From contig JAJZKW010000002.1 of assembly GCA_021803945.1 (NCBI GenBank), forward strand, positions 1,734-65,733: a DNA stretch of 64,000 nt. The letters run 5' to 3'. The DNA is from Candidatus Micrarchaeota archaeon. GTDB taxonomy: Archaea > Micrarchaeota > Micrarchaeia > Micrarchaeales > CABMGC01. Below are positions 45,824-55,176 of the stretch, piece after piece (position 1 is the stretch's first letter; the number at the start of each line of letters is the position of its first letter). The position numbers and the translations under genes are program-made. The notes under the pieces were generated by a model. That model did no database searches and was not told the DNA's origin. It worked only from the letters and a program-made list of their open reading frames with translations.

Positions 45824-48800
45824 TCAGACCTTCTCTATCCCTATCACAACCTTCTCTTCATCCATGCTGAACTCCTTCACAAACGAAGAGCCCACCTTCT
45901 CCGAACTGTAGATCTTTACTGCGCTGAGGTCCTTTCCAAGCTGTTCCTTGTGCTTGTCCAATATCTCTCCGATCTCCCTTGATACAACATAGGAAAGGGC
46001 TATCTTCTCCCCCTTCTTCAATCCCATCTCCTTCCTAGCCATCTGCACGCCTCTCTCGAATTCCCTGAGCATGGCCTCTTCAAGCAGCTCTCCGCTCACT
46101 TCCCTGTCTGCATATGCTATTCCATATCTGAACTTTACTGCATTATCTCTCTCCAGCCTCTCTATTATGTCAAAATGGTCCTTTGTCACGTTGAAAATCC
46201 CCTTTTCAGTCCTGAGCCTGTAGCTTCCCAGCGCATCTATCCCTGCAAGCATCTCCTTCACTTCAGCCTTCTTCAGCGCGTCAGCCACAGCAGAAGCATT
46301 TTCCCTGAATTCCGGCCCGAGCCTCTGGAAGAGAGGCCTTACCTCGAATGCTGATGCCTCTGTCTTCCTGATCTCCAGGCGCTTTACGTTTGTGTAGCCC
46401 TCTATCAGGTACGATAGCTTCTTTATTGCGCCGTATGCATCATCTCCGCTCACCTCGACTGTCGCAGCGGCTATCGGCCACCTAAGCTTAGTCCCTGACT
46501 TCTCGCGGCTGTTTAGTATTGCGGTCATGGCCTCCCTGGCGATGCCGAACTCCAACTCCAGCTGCCTGTCCATCGCCTTCGTATCGGCCTTGGGCCACTT
46601 CTCCATGAATATGCTCGTGCCGCCTCCATACAGCTCAATGTGCATCTTCTCCGAAGAGAACGGCATTATTATTGAGGAGATGACAAGGGCGTTGTGGAAT
46701 ATGTAGTTCACAAGCTTCGCTATGGCTCTTGCCTGCTTCCTGTTCCCCGACGAGATCTTCTTCTTCGCGATCCTGAGATAGAACCTGCTGAAATCCTCAA
46801 GCATGAAATCACGGAGGTCCTTTACCGCATCGTCTATGAAGTAATTGTCAAGGTTCTTGGTGGTGCTGTCCACCAGTGTGCTGAACCTTGACAGTATCCA
46901 TCTCTCTTCAGTCTCCAATCTGTCTGCTGCCGGCCTTCCAGGCTTGTCCTGCCTTATACCTGCGAACAAGTTGAATTCCTTGACAAGCTCAGATATGTTG
47001 TAGAATGTTATTATGTTGCTGTTGGCTTCCACGAGCTCCTGCTTCTTCAGCTTAAGCTCCAGCCATCTCGGGTGGCTCGAGCACCATAGCCTGAATCCGT
47101 CAGCCGAGACGAGGTCTAGAAGGTCCCTTGCAGATACCGCATTGCCCAGGTGCCTGTGCATCTCCTGTCCCAGTTCGTCCTTGATCATGCCCCCTATGTT
47201 CACCCTCTTGTAAGAGGTCTTTCCATATATCGCAACGCTGGTCCTCAGTAGCACCGCAAACCATCCTCTTATCTGGTCCCTGCTCTCAGTTATCCAGTCA
47301 GCAGGGTAGAACCTCCTGAATTCGGCATCGTTCAGGCTCGCAGTGTGGGATATGCCAGCGTCATACCAGACGTCGAATATGTCAGGTATCCTCTCTGCCA
47401 CTCCACCGCATTTCCTGCATTTGAACGTCACTCTGTCAACGGATGACTTGTGCAGGTCGGCAAGAGGCTTCTTCAGCCCTGCCCTCTCCTCAAGCTCCTT
47501 CGAAGAGCCCATGACCTCTATCTCCCCGCAGGACCCGCACACCCATACAGGTATTGTCGAGCCCCAGTACCTCTGCCTAGAGATCGTCCAGTCAGGCGAA
47601 TTCTCTGTGGCTTCAGCGAACCAATCCCTTGCCGCTTCAGGGTGCCATTTTATCTTCGCGTTTTCCTTGAGCATCCTCTTCTTTATCCTCTGGATGTTGA
47701 CGAACCACTGCTCCGTAGCCCTGTATATCAGCTTGCTCTCGCATCTCCAGCAGTGCGGATAGCTGTGCGTTACGCTTCCCTGGTGCAGCAGGCTCCCTCC
47801 TGCTTTCAGGGCTTCCAGCACCGCTTTATTGGCCTCTTCCGGAACCTTCAGGCCAGCGAACTTGCCTGCCTCATCAGTGTACCTGGCATGCTTGTCTATG
47901 GGCGACATTATCGGCATCTTGTTCTCCCTGCCGAGCTTGAAGTCTTCAGGACCGTGGCCCGGAGCCACATGGAGCAATCCTGTTCCCTCGGTAACTGTTA
48001 CAAAGGTCTGGCTGAGCAGGACCTTGTGGTATCTCCTCAGCTCCTTCTGCCTCGGTACCTCCTCTTCCAGCGGACTGATGTATTTCACGCCCTTAAGCTC
48101 CCTTCCGTACATCTCCGCAGTCACTATCGCATCAGTTCCAGTTGCAGCAGTGAAGGCGTCAAGCCTCTCCTTTGCAACTATATAATTCTTGTCTCCGCAT
48201 CTTGCCACCACATACATCTGCTCCGGGTTGGCTGCTATCGCGAGGTTGGAAGGCAGGGTCCACGGCGTGGTCGTCCAGATCACTAGGTAGGAGTTGCCAG
48301 GCAGTTCGGCCTTCCCTCTGCCTGCCACCTTGAAGGCCACGAATATAGAAGGGTCTGTGGCATCAGCGTATTCCACTTCCGGCCCCTGTGCAGAAAGCAC
48401 GGTCTCGTCCTTCGGGCAGTATGCAAGCCCCTGCACGTCCCTGTATACGAGCCCCTCATCATACATCTTTTTGAAGATGCCCCATCCAGCGTTTATGTAG
48501 TAATGTTCGTAAGGCATGTATGCATGCTCGAAATCCAGCGACGACCCGAATCTCGTGTAATCCGATATCATGCCTTCTGCCTGCTCACCTGCAAATTCCC
48601 TGCATGAGTTTATGAATGCCTCTATCCCCATCCTATCCTCTATGTCTGCCTTTGATGTTATCCCAAGCTTCTTCTCTACCTTGACCTCTATCGGCAGCCC
48701 GTGCACGTCGAATCCCGCCCTGTCGTGCACGTCGAATCCCCTGTACCTCTTGTACCTGAGGACAAGGTCCTTTATCGTCTCAACCCACACATGGTGCGCG

Positions 48801-48943
48801 CCAAGCTGCCCGGTCACATACGGCGGGCCGTCAAGGAAATAGAAGGGCTTCATGCCCCTGCTCTTTTCCCGCACCTTCTTCAATACCTCATGCTCTTTCC
48901 AGTAGCCAAGCATCTCCTCTTCGTTCTTGTTAAGGTCCAGCAT
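45824..48943 (-). CDS. ileS: isoleucine--tRNA ligase (archaeal/IleRS2 type)
   Basis: FLDGPPY, GFDVHGLPIE, WTTTPWTLPSN, GTGLLHVAPGHG, HSYPHCWRC, DWTISRQRYWG, DQIRGWF. Confidence 0.96.
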   Translation of the reverse strand: MLDLNKNEEEMLGYWKEHEVLKKVREKSRGMKPFYFLDGPPYVTGQLGAHHVWVETIKDLVLRYKRYRGFDVHDRAGFDVHGLPIEVKVEKKLGITSKADIEDRMGIEAFINSCREFAGEQAEGMISDYTRFGSSLDFEHAYMPYEHYYINAGWGIFKKMYDEGLVYRDVQGLAYCPKDETVLSAQGPEVEYADATDPSIFVAFKVAGRGKAELPGNSYLVIWTTTPWTLPSNLAIAANPEQMYVVARCGDKNYIVAKERLDAFTAATGTDAIVTAEMYGRELKGVKYISPLEEEVPRQKELRRYHKVLLSQTFVTVTEGTGLLHVAPGHGPEDFKLGRENKMPIMSPIDKHARYTDEAGKFAGLKVPEEANKAVLEALKAGGSLLHQGSVTHSYPHCWRCESKLIYRATEQWFVNIQRIKKRMLKENAKIKWHPEAARDWFAEATENSPDWTISRQRYWGSTIPVWVCGSCGEIEVMGSSKELEERAGLKKPLADLHKSSVDRVTFKCRKCGGVAERIPDIFDVWYDAGISHTASLNDAEFRRFYPADWITESRDQIRGWFAVLLRTSVAIYGKTSYKRVNIGGMIKDELGQEMHRHLGNAVSARDLLDLVSADGFRLWCSSHPRWLELKLKKQELVEANSNIITFYNISELVKEFNLFAGIRQDKPGRPAADRLETEERWILSRFSTLVDSTTKNLDNYFIDDAVKDLRDFMLEDFSRFYLRIAKKKISSGNRKQARAIAKLVNYIFHNALVISSIIMPFSSEKMHIELYGGGTSIFMEKWPKADTKAMDRQLELEFGIAREAMTAILNSREKSGTKLRWPIAAATVEVSGDDAYGAIKKLSYLIEGYTNVKRLEIRKTEASAFEVRPLFQRLGPEFRENASAVADALKKAEVKEMLAGIDALGSYRLRTEKGIFNVTKDHFDIIERLERDNAVKFRYGIAYADREVSGELLEEAMLREFERGVQMARKEMGLKKGEKIALSYVVSREIGEILDKHKEQLGKDLSAVKIYSSEKVGSSFVKEFSMDEEKVVIGIEKV

Positions 48944-49029
48944 CTACATACCACAGGAAGATAGGATATCTTATATAAAATCAACTATTAAATGCTTTTG
49001 CTGTAAAACCTTATTGCCCGAGGAATTCA

Positions 49030-49662
49030 ATGAGATCCGCAGATGCCACGACTTTGTTCAGGGTACTTTTGATAGTCCTTGTAGCGTATCTGATCCTCGG
49101 AAAATACAGCCCTGTCGTGATAATAACACTGATAGCGGTAGCCATGCTGCTCGACGCAGTGGACGGGTTCTTCGCAGTAAACGAGGCCAGCAACGGCGCA
49201 GTAGGGGCCTCGGTCTATATAAGGTCCGTCCTTGGGGACAAAGGCTCAGCGCACACTGTGCAGGGATTCAAGAAAAGGCTTTCAAAGGCGGCTAAATTCG
49301 GTCCAAGGATAGATGTTGCAGGGGACCGCGCCGTGGAATACATTCTATGGGTCGTCTACACAGTTGCCGGGGTAATACCGATCTTCGTATTATTCATTGT
49401 TATAATAAGGCACTCGTTTGTCGATGCCTTCATGGCTGCTAAAGGCACATCTTCAAAGATGAAGACAAGGTTCGCCAGGGTCATCTATTCATCAAACCTA
49501 TGGCGCGGCGGGATAAACGTCGTCAAGTTCCTGACCTTCTCGTATCTCTCCCTTGTCTACATATGGTCCTACCCGGAATGGATAGGCTATGTCCTGGTGG
49601 CAATACTTGTGTCTTACATACTCCTAAGGGGTGCGGCCGAACTTTATGAAGCGTATGCGTAG
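49030..49662 (+). CDS. CDP-alcohol phosphatidyltransferase
   Basis: ADATTLFR, LDAVDGFFA...FGPRIDVAGDR motif with a long insertion; TM helices. Confidence 0.85.
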   Translation: MRSADATTLFRVLLIVLVAYLILGKYSPVVIITLIAVAMLLDAVDGFFAVNEASNGAVGASVYIRSVLGDKGSAHTVQGFKKRLSKAAKFGPRIDVAGDRAVEYILWVVYTVAGVIPIFVLFIVIIRHSFVDAFMAAKGTSSKMKTRFARVIYSSNLWRGGINVVKFLTFSYLSLVYIWSYPEWIGYVLVAILVSYILLRGAAELYEAYA

Positions 49663-49669
49663 TGGTCAG

Positions 49670-50140
49670 ATGCCAAAGAAATGCATAGTTACCAGCTGCA
49701 TAGTGGTCAAGAGTGGCAAGATACTCCTGATCCACCACAAGAAACTCAAGAAATGGATGTATCCAGGCGGCCATGTAGGTGCCAATGAGACGCCGCAGGA
49801 AGCCGTAGTCCGAGAGACGAAGGAGGAGACAGGGTACAGGGTGAGGGTAGTCGGGGCCGCGCCGCTGGGCCTGAGGGGCCATGCGCCTGCAAAGGAGCTG
49901 GTGCTGCCGTTTGCGATCCTTTACGAGGATGTGCGCTACAAGACTGGCCGCCACATGCATTTCGATATGGTATACTTCGGCATGGCAGAAGGCAGGCGCG
50001 GCAGCCTGGCAGAGGGCGAGTCGCAGATGCTGAAGTGGGTGTCAGAAAGCGAGGTAGATGGCATAGATACTTATTACAGCATAAAGAAGATTCTGAAATA
50101 TTCATTCCGCGCCATAAGGGGCGGAAGGCTGAGCAAATGA
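49670..50140 (+). CDS. NUDIX hydrolase
   Basis: LLIHHKKLKKWMYPGGHVGANETPQEAVVRETKEETG, HMHFD. Confidence 0.9.
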   Translation: MPKKCIVTSCIVVKSGKILLIHHKKLKKWMYPGGHVGANETPQEAVVRETKEETGYRVRVVGAAPLGLRGHAPAKELVLPFAILYEDVRYKTGRHMHFDMVYFGMAEGRRGSLAEGESQMLKWVSESEVDGIDTYYSIKKILKYSFRAIRGGRLSK

Positions 50141-50844
50141 GACCGGAGATAAGCGTAATAGTCCCGGCGTTCAACGAGGAACGCTACATAAAGCATCTGT
50201 TCAGGGGCCTGAAGGTGCAGACCTTCAGGGACTTCGAGGTCATAGTTGTCGATGGGAACAGCACCGACGGCACAAGGGAGATATCGAAGAGGCACGGCGC
50301 AACGGTTGTCATAGACAGGAAGAGAAATATAGGCGAGGCAAGGAACCGCGGGGTAAGGTCGTCTTCAGGCGAGATACTGCTGTTTACGAATGCCGATACT
50401 TTGGCATCGAGCGGACTGCTCATGACCTACCATGAGCTGTTCAAGGACAAGGCAGTGGTGGCTGCCACAGGCCCTCTCGTGCCGCTCGAGGATACGACCA
50501 GGTTCATAGAGTTCGGGTACATGTTTGCGTCGGTAGTGCTAGCAAAGGCGGCATTCGCCATAGGCAAGCCCTCAATAAGCGGCTCAAACTTTGCAGTGAG
50601 GAGGTCTGCATTCAAAGAATCAGGAGGGTTCGATGAAACGCTCTTCACGTACGAGGACCTGGACCTCGCGCACAGGCTAAGGAAACTCGGAGCAGTGAGA
50701 TATGTGGATGACGCCGTGGTTGCCACGAGCTCGAGGAGGATAGCTAAATGGGGCATACCTCGGTACATACTCTTCAATGCAGGCAATGTCGCAAGGTACA
50801 ATCTCTTCCACAAGCCAAAGGAGCATTATGAACCAATACGCTAG
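50137..50844 (+). CDS. GT2 glycosyltransferase, copy A
   Basis: SVIVPAFNEE, VVDGNSTD, ARNRG, FTNAD, GGFDE...EDLDL, TSSRR. Confidence 0.92.
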   Translation: MRPEISVIVPAFNEERYIKHLFRGLKVQTFRDFEVIVVDGNSTDGTREISKRHGATVVIDRKRNIGEARNRGVRSSSGEILLFTNADTLASSGLLMTYHELFKDKAVVAATGPLVPLEDTTRFIEFGYMFASVVLAKAAFAIGKPSISGSNFAVRRSAFKESGGFDETLFTYEDLDLAHRLRKLGAVRYVDDAVVATSSRRIAKWGIPRYILFNAGNVARYNLFHKPKEHYEPIR

Positions 50845-50856
50845 GTGCTGCCTGAC

Positions 50857-51561
50857 ATGAAGCCTGATATAAGCGTAATCATACCCGCCCTGAACGAGCA
50901 GAAATACATACGCTATCCGCTCTCCGGGCTCAAGGCGCAGACGTTCAAGAACTTCGAGGTCATAGTAGTCGACGGAGGCAGCGAAGACGATACAGCGGAT
51001 ATAGCAAAAAAATCCGCAAGGGTGATAGTATGCCGCAAGCGCGGCGCAGGCGTCGCAAGGAACATGGGCGCAGAGAAGGCAAAGGGGAGCATACTCGTTT
51101 TCATAGATGCGGACACCAGGCCTTCAAGCCGCCTGCTTGAGACATACATGGCGGCATTCCTCGACAGCAGCACAGTAGCTGCGACCGGGCCCATTCTCCC
51201 ACTGGAAAAGGCAGGCAGGAGGATAAAGGCCGGATACTGGATCGTCTCAGTTGCTTTTGTCAAGCTTTCAATAATATTCAACAGGCCTTCGATAGTAGGC
51301 TCTAATTTCGCGGTAAGGTCAGCAGCATTCAGGAAGGCCGGAGGGTTCAACGAGAAGTTCATAACGTACGAGGACTGGGACCTGTCGAACAGGCTGGGCA
51401 GGTTCGGAAGGGTCAGGTACGAGGGCCGCGCCCGTGTCCGCACGAGTGCAAGGCGTGTTATAGCATGGGGATTACTTGGCTATACTCTGTTCTATGCGAT
51501 AAACATGTTCATGTACCATGTCCTCAGGAAATCAAAATCCGATTACAAAAGCATAAGATGA
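50857..51561 (+). CDS. GT2 glycosyltransferase, copy B
   Basis: SVIIPALNEQ, VVDGGSED, FIDAD, GGFNE...EDWDL, TSARR; close paralogue of copy A. Confidence 0.92.
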   Translation: MKPDISVIIPALNEQKYIRYPLSGLKAQTFKNFEVIVVDGGSEDDTADIAKKSARVIVCRKRGAGVARNMGAEKAKGSILVFIDADTRPSSRLLETYMAAFLDSSTVAATGPILPLEKAGRRIKAGYWIVSVAFVKLSIIFNRPSIVGSNFAVRSAAFRKAGGFNEKFITYEDWDLSNRLGRFGRVRYEGRARVRTSARRVIAWGLLGYTLFYAINMFMYHVLRKSKSDYKSIR

Positions 51562-51654
51562 TCCGGAGCAGTCCAGCATTTCGATACATATAAAAGTCTT
51601 GTTATGCTAATACTCATAGTCTATTTTGTCTTCTACACTGTGGTAGGTAAATCA

Positions 51655-51834
51655 ATGGATTATACTAAGTTTGAAAAGGCAACCATCATAGGTGCAAGGG
51701 CGCTTCAGCTAGCCTACGGCGCGCCTCCCCTGATGAAGGTGCCAGAGAACATAACCGAGCCGATAGACCTTGCCGCGCTCGAATTCGACGAAGGGGTAAT
51801 ACCTATAGTCGTAGTAAGGAAACCGCTGGCTTGA
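51655..51834 (+). CDS. rpoK: RNA polymerase subunit Rpo6 (K)
   Basis: YTKFEKATIIGARALQLAYGAP; true start ATG 51655. Confidence 0.95.
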   Translation: MDYTKFEKATIIGARALQLAYGAPPLMKVPENITEPIDLAALEFDEGVIPIVVVRKPLA

Positions 51835-53282
51835 AGGCGAACTCTATGGAAGAGTATGATGTTATAGTGGCTGGCTCAGGTATAGGTGGATCGCTTGCAG
51901 CTGCAGGAGCGGCAAAAGGCGGTGCAAAGGTCCTGCTGCTTGACAGGAACGATTATTCCCAGGCAGGAAAGAAGACCAACTGGGGATGGGTCTGCGGCGA
52001 TGCCGTTGCAAAAACCCACGTGGATTTTGTCCGCGACGAACTCGGACTGAAGCTTGCAGAACCTGTCCTTGATGTTGCCGTAGAAGGAGTGCAGGTGCTA
52101 AGCCCTGACATGACCAGGAAGTTCCAGTTCGAGGGAGCAGGTTTCAGCCTCGACAGGCCGAAGTTCGCAAAGGTGCTAGTTGACTTTGCAAAGAAGAGCG
52201 GAGCAGAGTACAGGCCGAATTGCGAGGTGGGCGGCCCTGTGGTAGAGGACGGCAAGGTAGCAGGAGTATACGGCAGGGACGAGAAGGGCGAACAGTTCCA
52301 GTACAGGGCAAAGATAACGATAGACGCGCTTGGAATAGCAAGCACAATAAGGAGGAAACTCCCGCAGAACAATTACATAGAAAACACAGTGAGCACAGAC
52401 GACATAGAGTCTACAGGACGATACATAGCGTCATTCGAGGTAAAGGAAGAAGACATAAACTACTATGATCCCAAGAATGCACTGATACACCTGAACCAGC
52501 AGCTCGCCCCTGGCGGGTATGGCTGGGTCTTCCCAAAATCAGGGAAGAGGGTGAACATAGGCCTAGGGGTGGAGAAGAAGAGCCTTGAGATAAGGAACAG
52601 CAAGCTCAACAAGACAGACACCCTTCATACGCTGATAGACCAGTACATAGAATGGAACAGGGCAGTGACAAACCTGAAGCTGGACGACCAGGACAAAAAC
52701 GGCAAGGGATACTGGTCAGTCACTGTAAGGAGGCAATTCGATAGCCTGGTGTATCCTGGATACATGGGCGCAGGGGACAGCATGGCAATGCCGAATCCAA
52801 TAAGCGCAGGGGGCATAGGCCCGGCGATGTCCTCAGGGGCGATAGCAGGAAAGATAGCAGCAGAGGCGATAGCTGCAGGAGACACCAGCATGGATTTCCT
52901 GTGGAAGTACAACCTCAGGTACAACGAGGTCTACGGCAACAAGACCGCAGGCCTCGAGGTCTTCAGGATCTATCTCCAGTCACTGAACAACGAACTCATC
53001 AATTACGGGATGTCGAAATTCCTGACAAAAGAGGAGGCCATAGCAATAAGCTACGGAAACGTTCCGGAGATATCCATAGCAAGCGCATTCACCAAGGTGC
53101 TGAGCGGGATATCTAACATAAACGCGTTCAAAGAGCTTCTTTATGCAGTGAAGACGATGAAAGAGATGAACGAGACTTACGCTAATTATCCGAAAGACCC
53201 TTCAAGCTTCGGCGCGTGGAAGGCGAAGGTAAATGCGAAGATGCATGAAGTAAAGGAGAGGTTCAAGCCTAATCCAATATAG
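51831..53282 (+). CDS. digeranylgeranylglycerophospholipid reductase / GGR-family FAD oxidoreductase
   Basis: YDVIVAGSGIGG, VCGDAV, PGGYGWVFPK, NIGLG, GDS....NPISAGGI. Confidence 0.88.
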   Translation: MKANSMEEYDVIVAGSGIGGSLAAAGAAKGGAKVLLLDRNDYSQAGKKTNWGWVCGDAVAKTHVDFVRDELGLKLAEPVLDVAVEGVQVLSPDMTRKFQFEGAGFSLDRPKFAKVLVDFAKKSGAEYRPNCEVGGPVVEDGKVAGVYGRDEKGEQFQYRAKITIDALGIASTIRRKLPQNNYIENTVSTDDIESTGRYIASFEVKEEDINYYDPKNALIHLNQQLAPGGYGWVFPKSGKRVNIGLGVEKKSLEIRNSKLNKTDTLHTLIDQYIEWNRAVTNLKLDDQDKNGKGYWSVTVRRQFDSLVYPGYMGAGDSMAMPNPISAGGIGPAMSSGAIAGKIAAEAIAAGDTSMDFLWKYNLRYNEVYGNKTAGLEVFRIYLQSLNNELINYGMSKFLTKEEAIAISYGNVPEISIASAFTKVLSGISNINAFKELLYAVKTMKEMNETYANYPKDPSSFGAWKAKVNAKMHEVKERFKPNPI

Positions 53283-54006
53283 CTCCAGCTCCAGTCCCAT
53301 TCAAAAGGTTGCCATACAGGTCATAGGCTTTTGCGCTTTCAAGGTCGAAGAGCCCGCTGTTCAGTAAAGGCATATGCTCTCCTGTCTCATGTCCTATCCG
53401 GCTTCCTATTATAAGCCTGTTGAAGGCAGGAGCCGCTATTAATTCTATGTCCTTGTTGTAATCCTCATAATGCTCGCCCATGGCTGTCCCAGCCCGTGCA
53501 ACAAGCCACGCCTTTTTGTCCACTCCGTTCACCTGCGCCGCAATGTGCCCGTGGCCGCATATTATGTAATCCTTCATGACGGCCTCTTCAGAAGGCAAAG
53601 CGTTCCCGTGCATGAGTGCCGCATCGGAAAGCATTATCTCCTTCTCGATCCCTGCCTTGAACCCTATGCCTGAGAGTATACTTTCCAGGTATGCGTCATG
53701 GTTCCCTCTGGCTATCCTCACATCTATGCCATCAAGCTTGCCGAAGAATTCCCTGAATGAGCCAGCGTCTTCCTTTGTCAGGTTAGCCAACCTGTGTTTT
53801 ACGTCGCCAAGGAACACTATCCCATTCGCATTGTTCTCCTCGTATATCCTCCTTATCTCCAATCCCATTGCTGCTGCAGCGTTAGGAAAAGAGACTCCGG
53901 ACCCGGAAAAGGTATCCTCTATGCCTATGTGAAGGTCTCCCAGAGCAATGATCCTTTCGCTGTCAATCATCAGCGCCGGCACTCCTTTTAAGAATGACAT
54001 GCCCAT
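53269..54006 (-). CDS. metallophosphoesterase (calcineurin-like)
   Basis: GDLHIG, LGDVKH, GNHD, MHG, GHGH, PAFN. Confidence 0.9.
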   Translation of the reverse strand: MGMSFLKGVPALMIDSERIIALGDLHIGIEDTFSGSGVSFPNAAAAMGLEIRRIYEENNANGIVFLGDVKHRLANLTKEDAGSFREFFGKLDGIDVRIARGNHDAYLESILSGIGFKAGIEKEIMLSDAALMHGNALPSEEAVMKDYIICGHGHIAAQVNGVDKKAWLVARAGTAMGEHYEDYNKDIELIAAPAFNRLIIGSRIGHETGEHMPLLNSGLFDLESAKAYDLYGNLLNGTGAGAILD

Positions 54007-54067
54007 ACGAAAAATCTTTCATGAGAAGGTTAATAATCTTTGTATAAAAGATATCTCTCTGTATTGG

Positions 54068-55141
54068 ATGCCGCAGGGATCTCTTCGAATAGGCAGGATA
54101 GCCGGGATAGACATAGAGCTACACTGGCTCTTCATACTACTAATACTAGTATTCATATACATATCCCCATTGCTCGGATTCATCTGGATACTTCTCTTCG
54201 TTTGCGTGCTCATACATGAGCTCTCCCACTCAATAACCGCGATAAGGAACGGGATAACCGTTACAAAGATAGTCCTGCTCCCGATCGGCGGGGCGTCGAT
54301 AATAAATGACATAGCCATAGATCCGTCCATAGAATTCAACATAGCCATAGCAGGGCCAATAATGAGCTTCTTCCTAGGGGCATTGTTCGGCATTCTTGTC
54401 ATCTTCACCCCACCTGGCGTGATAACATATCTTGTCCAGTACCTCTTCGCGATCAACATACTGCTAGGCGCATTCAACATACTGCCGGCGTTCCCTATGG
54501 ACGGTGGCAGGGTCCTCAGGAGCTTCCTGCAGCGGAGAAAGAGCTTCTACGAAGCTACCATGACCACGGCGAAGGTAAGCAAGTACTGCATGGCCCTGAT
54601 AATAGCGGGCACGCTGGTATTCATCGCGATCCCCAGCGGCTACTCGTTCTTCTCTAAGGAGATCATACTGGTCTGGGATTTCATAATAGTCTTCTTCCTC
54701 TATGAAGGCATGAAGGCGGAGCAGAACGCCGTCATAATCAAGCAGGAGACCAAAGGCATGACCATAAATGACGCAATGAACAAGAATTTCTCCACAATCG
54801 GGTGGAGCTCTACTCCGAAGGACCTCTATCTCCTGATCAAGAAGAAGAAGGAGCATCTTATACTGACAAAATCCCCGTCAGGCAGCTACGCATTGGTCAA
54901 CGTATTCGACAAGCAGGAGATAAGCAAGGCGTCATCGATAAGTGATCTGGCGATCCAGATCCCCAACGTCCAATGCAATGCAAGCATATCCGATGTAATG
55001 TCAAGTATCGACGCAACGCCGTTCAGGGTCGCTGCAGTGTTAAAGGGCAAAAAGCTTGTGGGAATAGCTACAGGGCAGCATATAACGGCCTTCCTGGCCC
55101 TGCACATGGTTGGCAGGAACAATAGGAAAGGCTTAAAATAA
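54068..55141 (+). CDS. site-2 protease (M50) with degenerate CBS domains
   Basis: HELSH, IAIAGP, FNILPAFPMDGGRV; start moved to ATG 54068. Confidence 0.92.
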   Translation: MPQGSLRIGRIAGIDIELHWLFILLILVFIYISPLLGFIWILLFVCVLIHELSHSITAIRNGITVTKIVLLPIGGASIINDIAIDPSIEFNIAIAGPIMSFFLGALFGILVIFTPPGVITYLVQYLFAINILLGAFNILPAFPMDGGRVLRSFLQRRKSFYEATMTTAKVSKYCMALIIAGTLVFIAIPSGYSFFSKEIILVWDFIIVFFLYEGMKAEQNAVIIKQETKGMTINDAMNKNFSTIGWSSTPKDLYLLIKKKKEHLILTKSPSGSYALVNVFDKQEISKASSISDLAIQIPNVQCNASISDVMSSIDATPFRVAAVLKGKKLVGIATGQHITAFLALHMVGRNNRKGLK

Positions 55142-55176
55142 TTCAATCTTATGTTATATCTGCGACCGGTGTACTG

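Noticed and set aside
48959..48976. AGATAGGATATCTTATAT upstream of ileS resembles the PadR operator (2 mismatches)
   Set aside because: Single copy in AT-rich promoter DNA, with no functional link; a chance match is plausible without a genome-wide scan.
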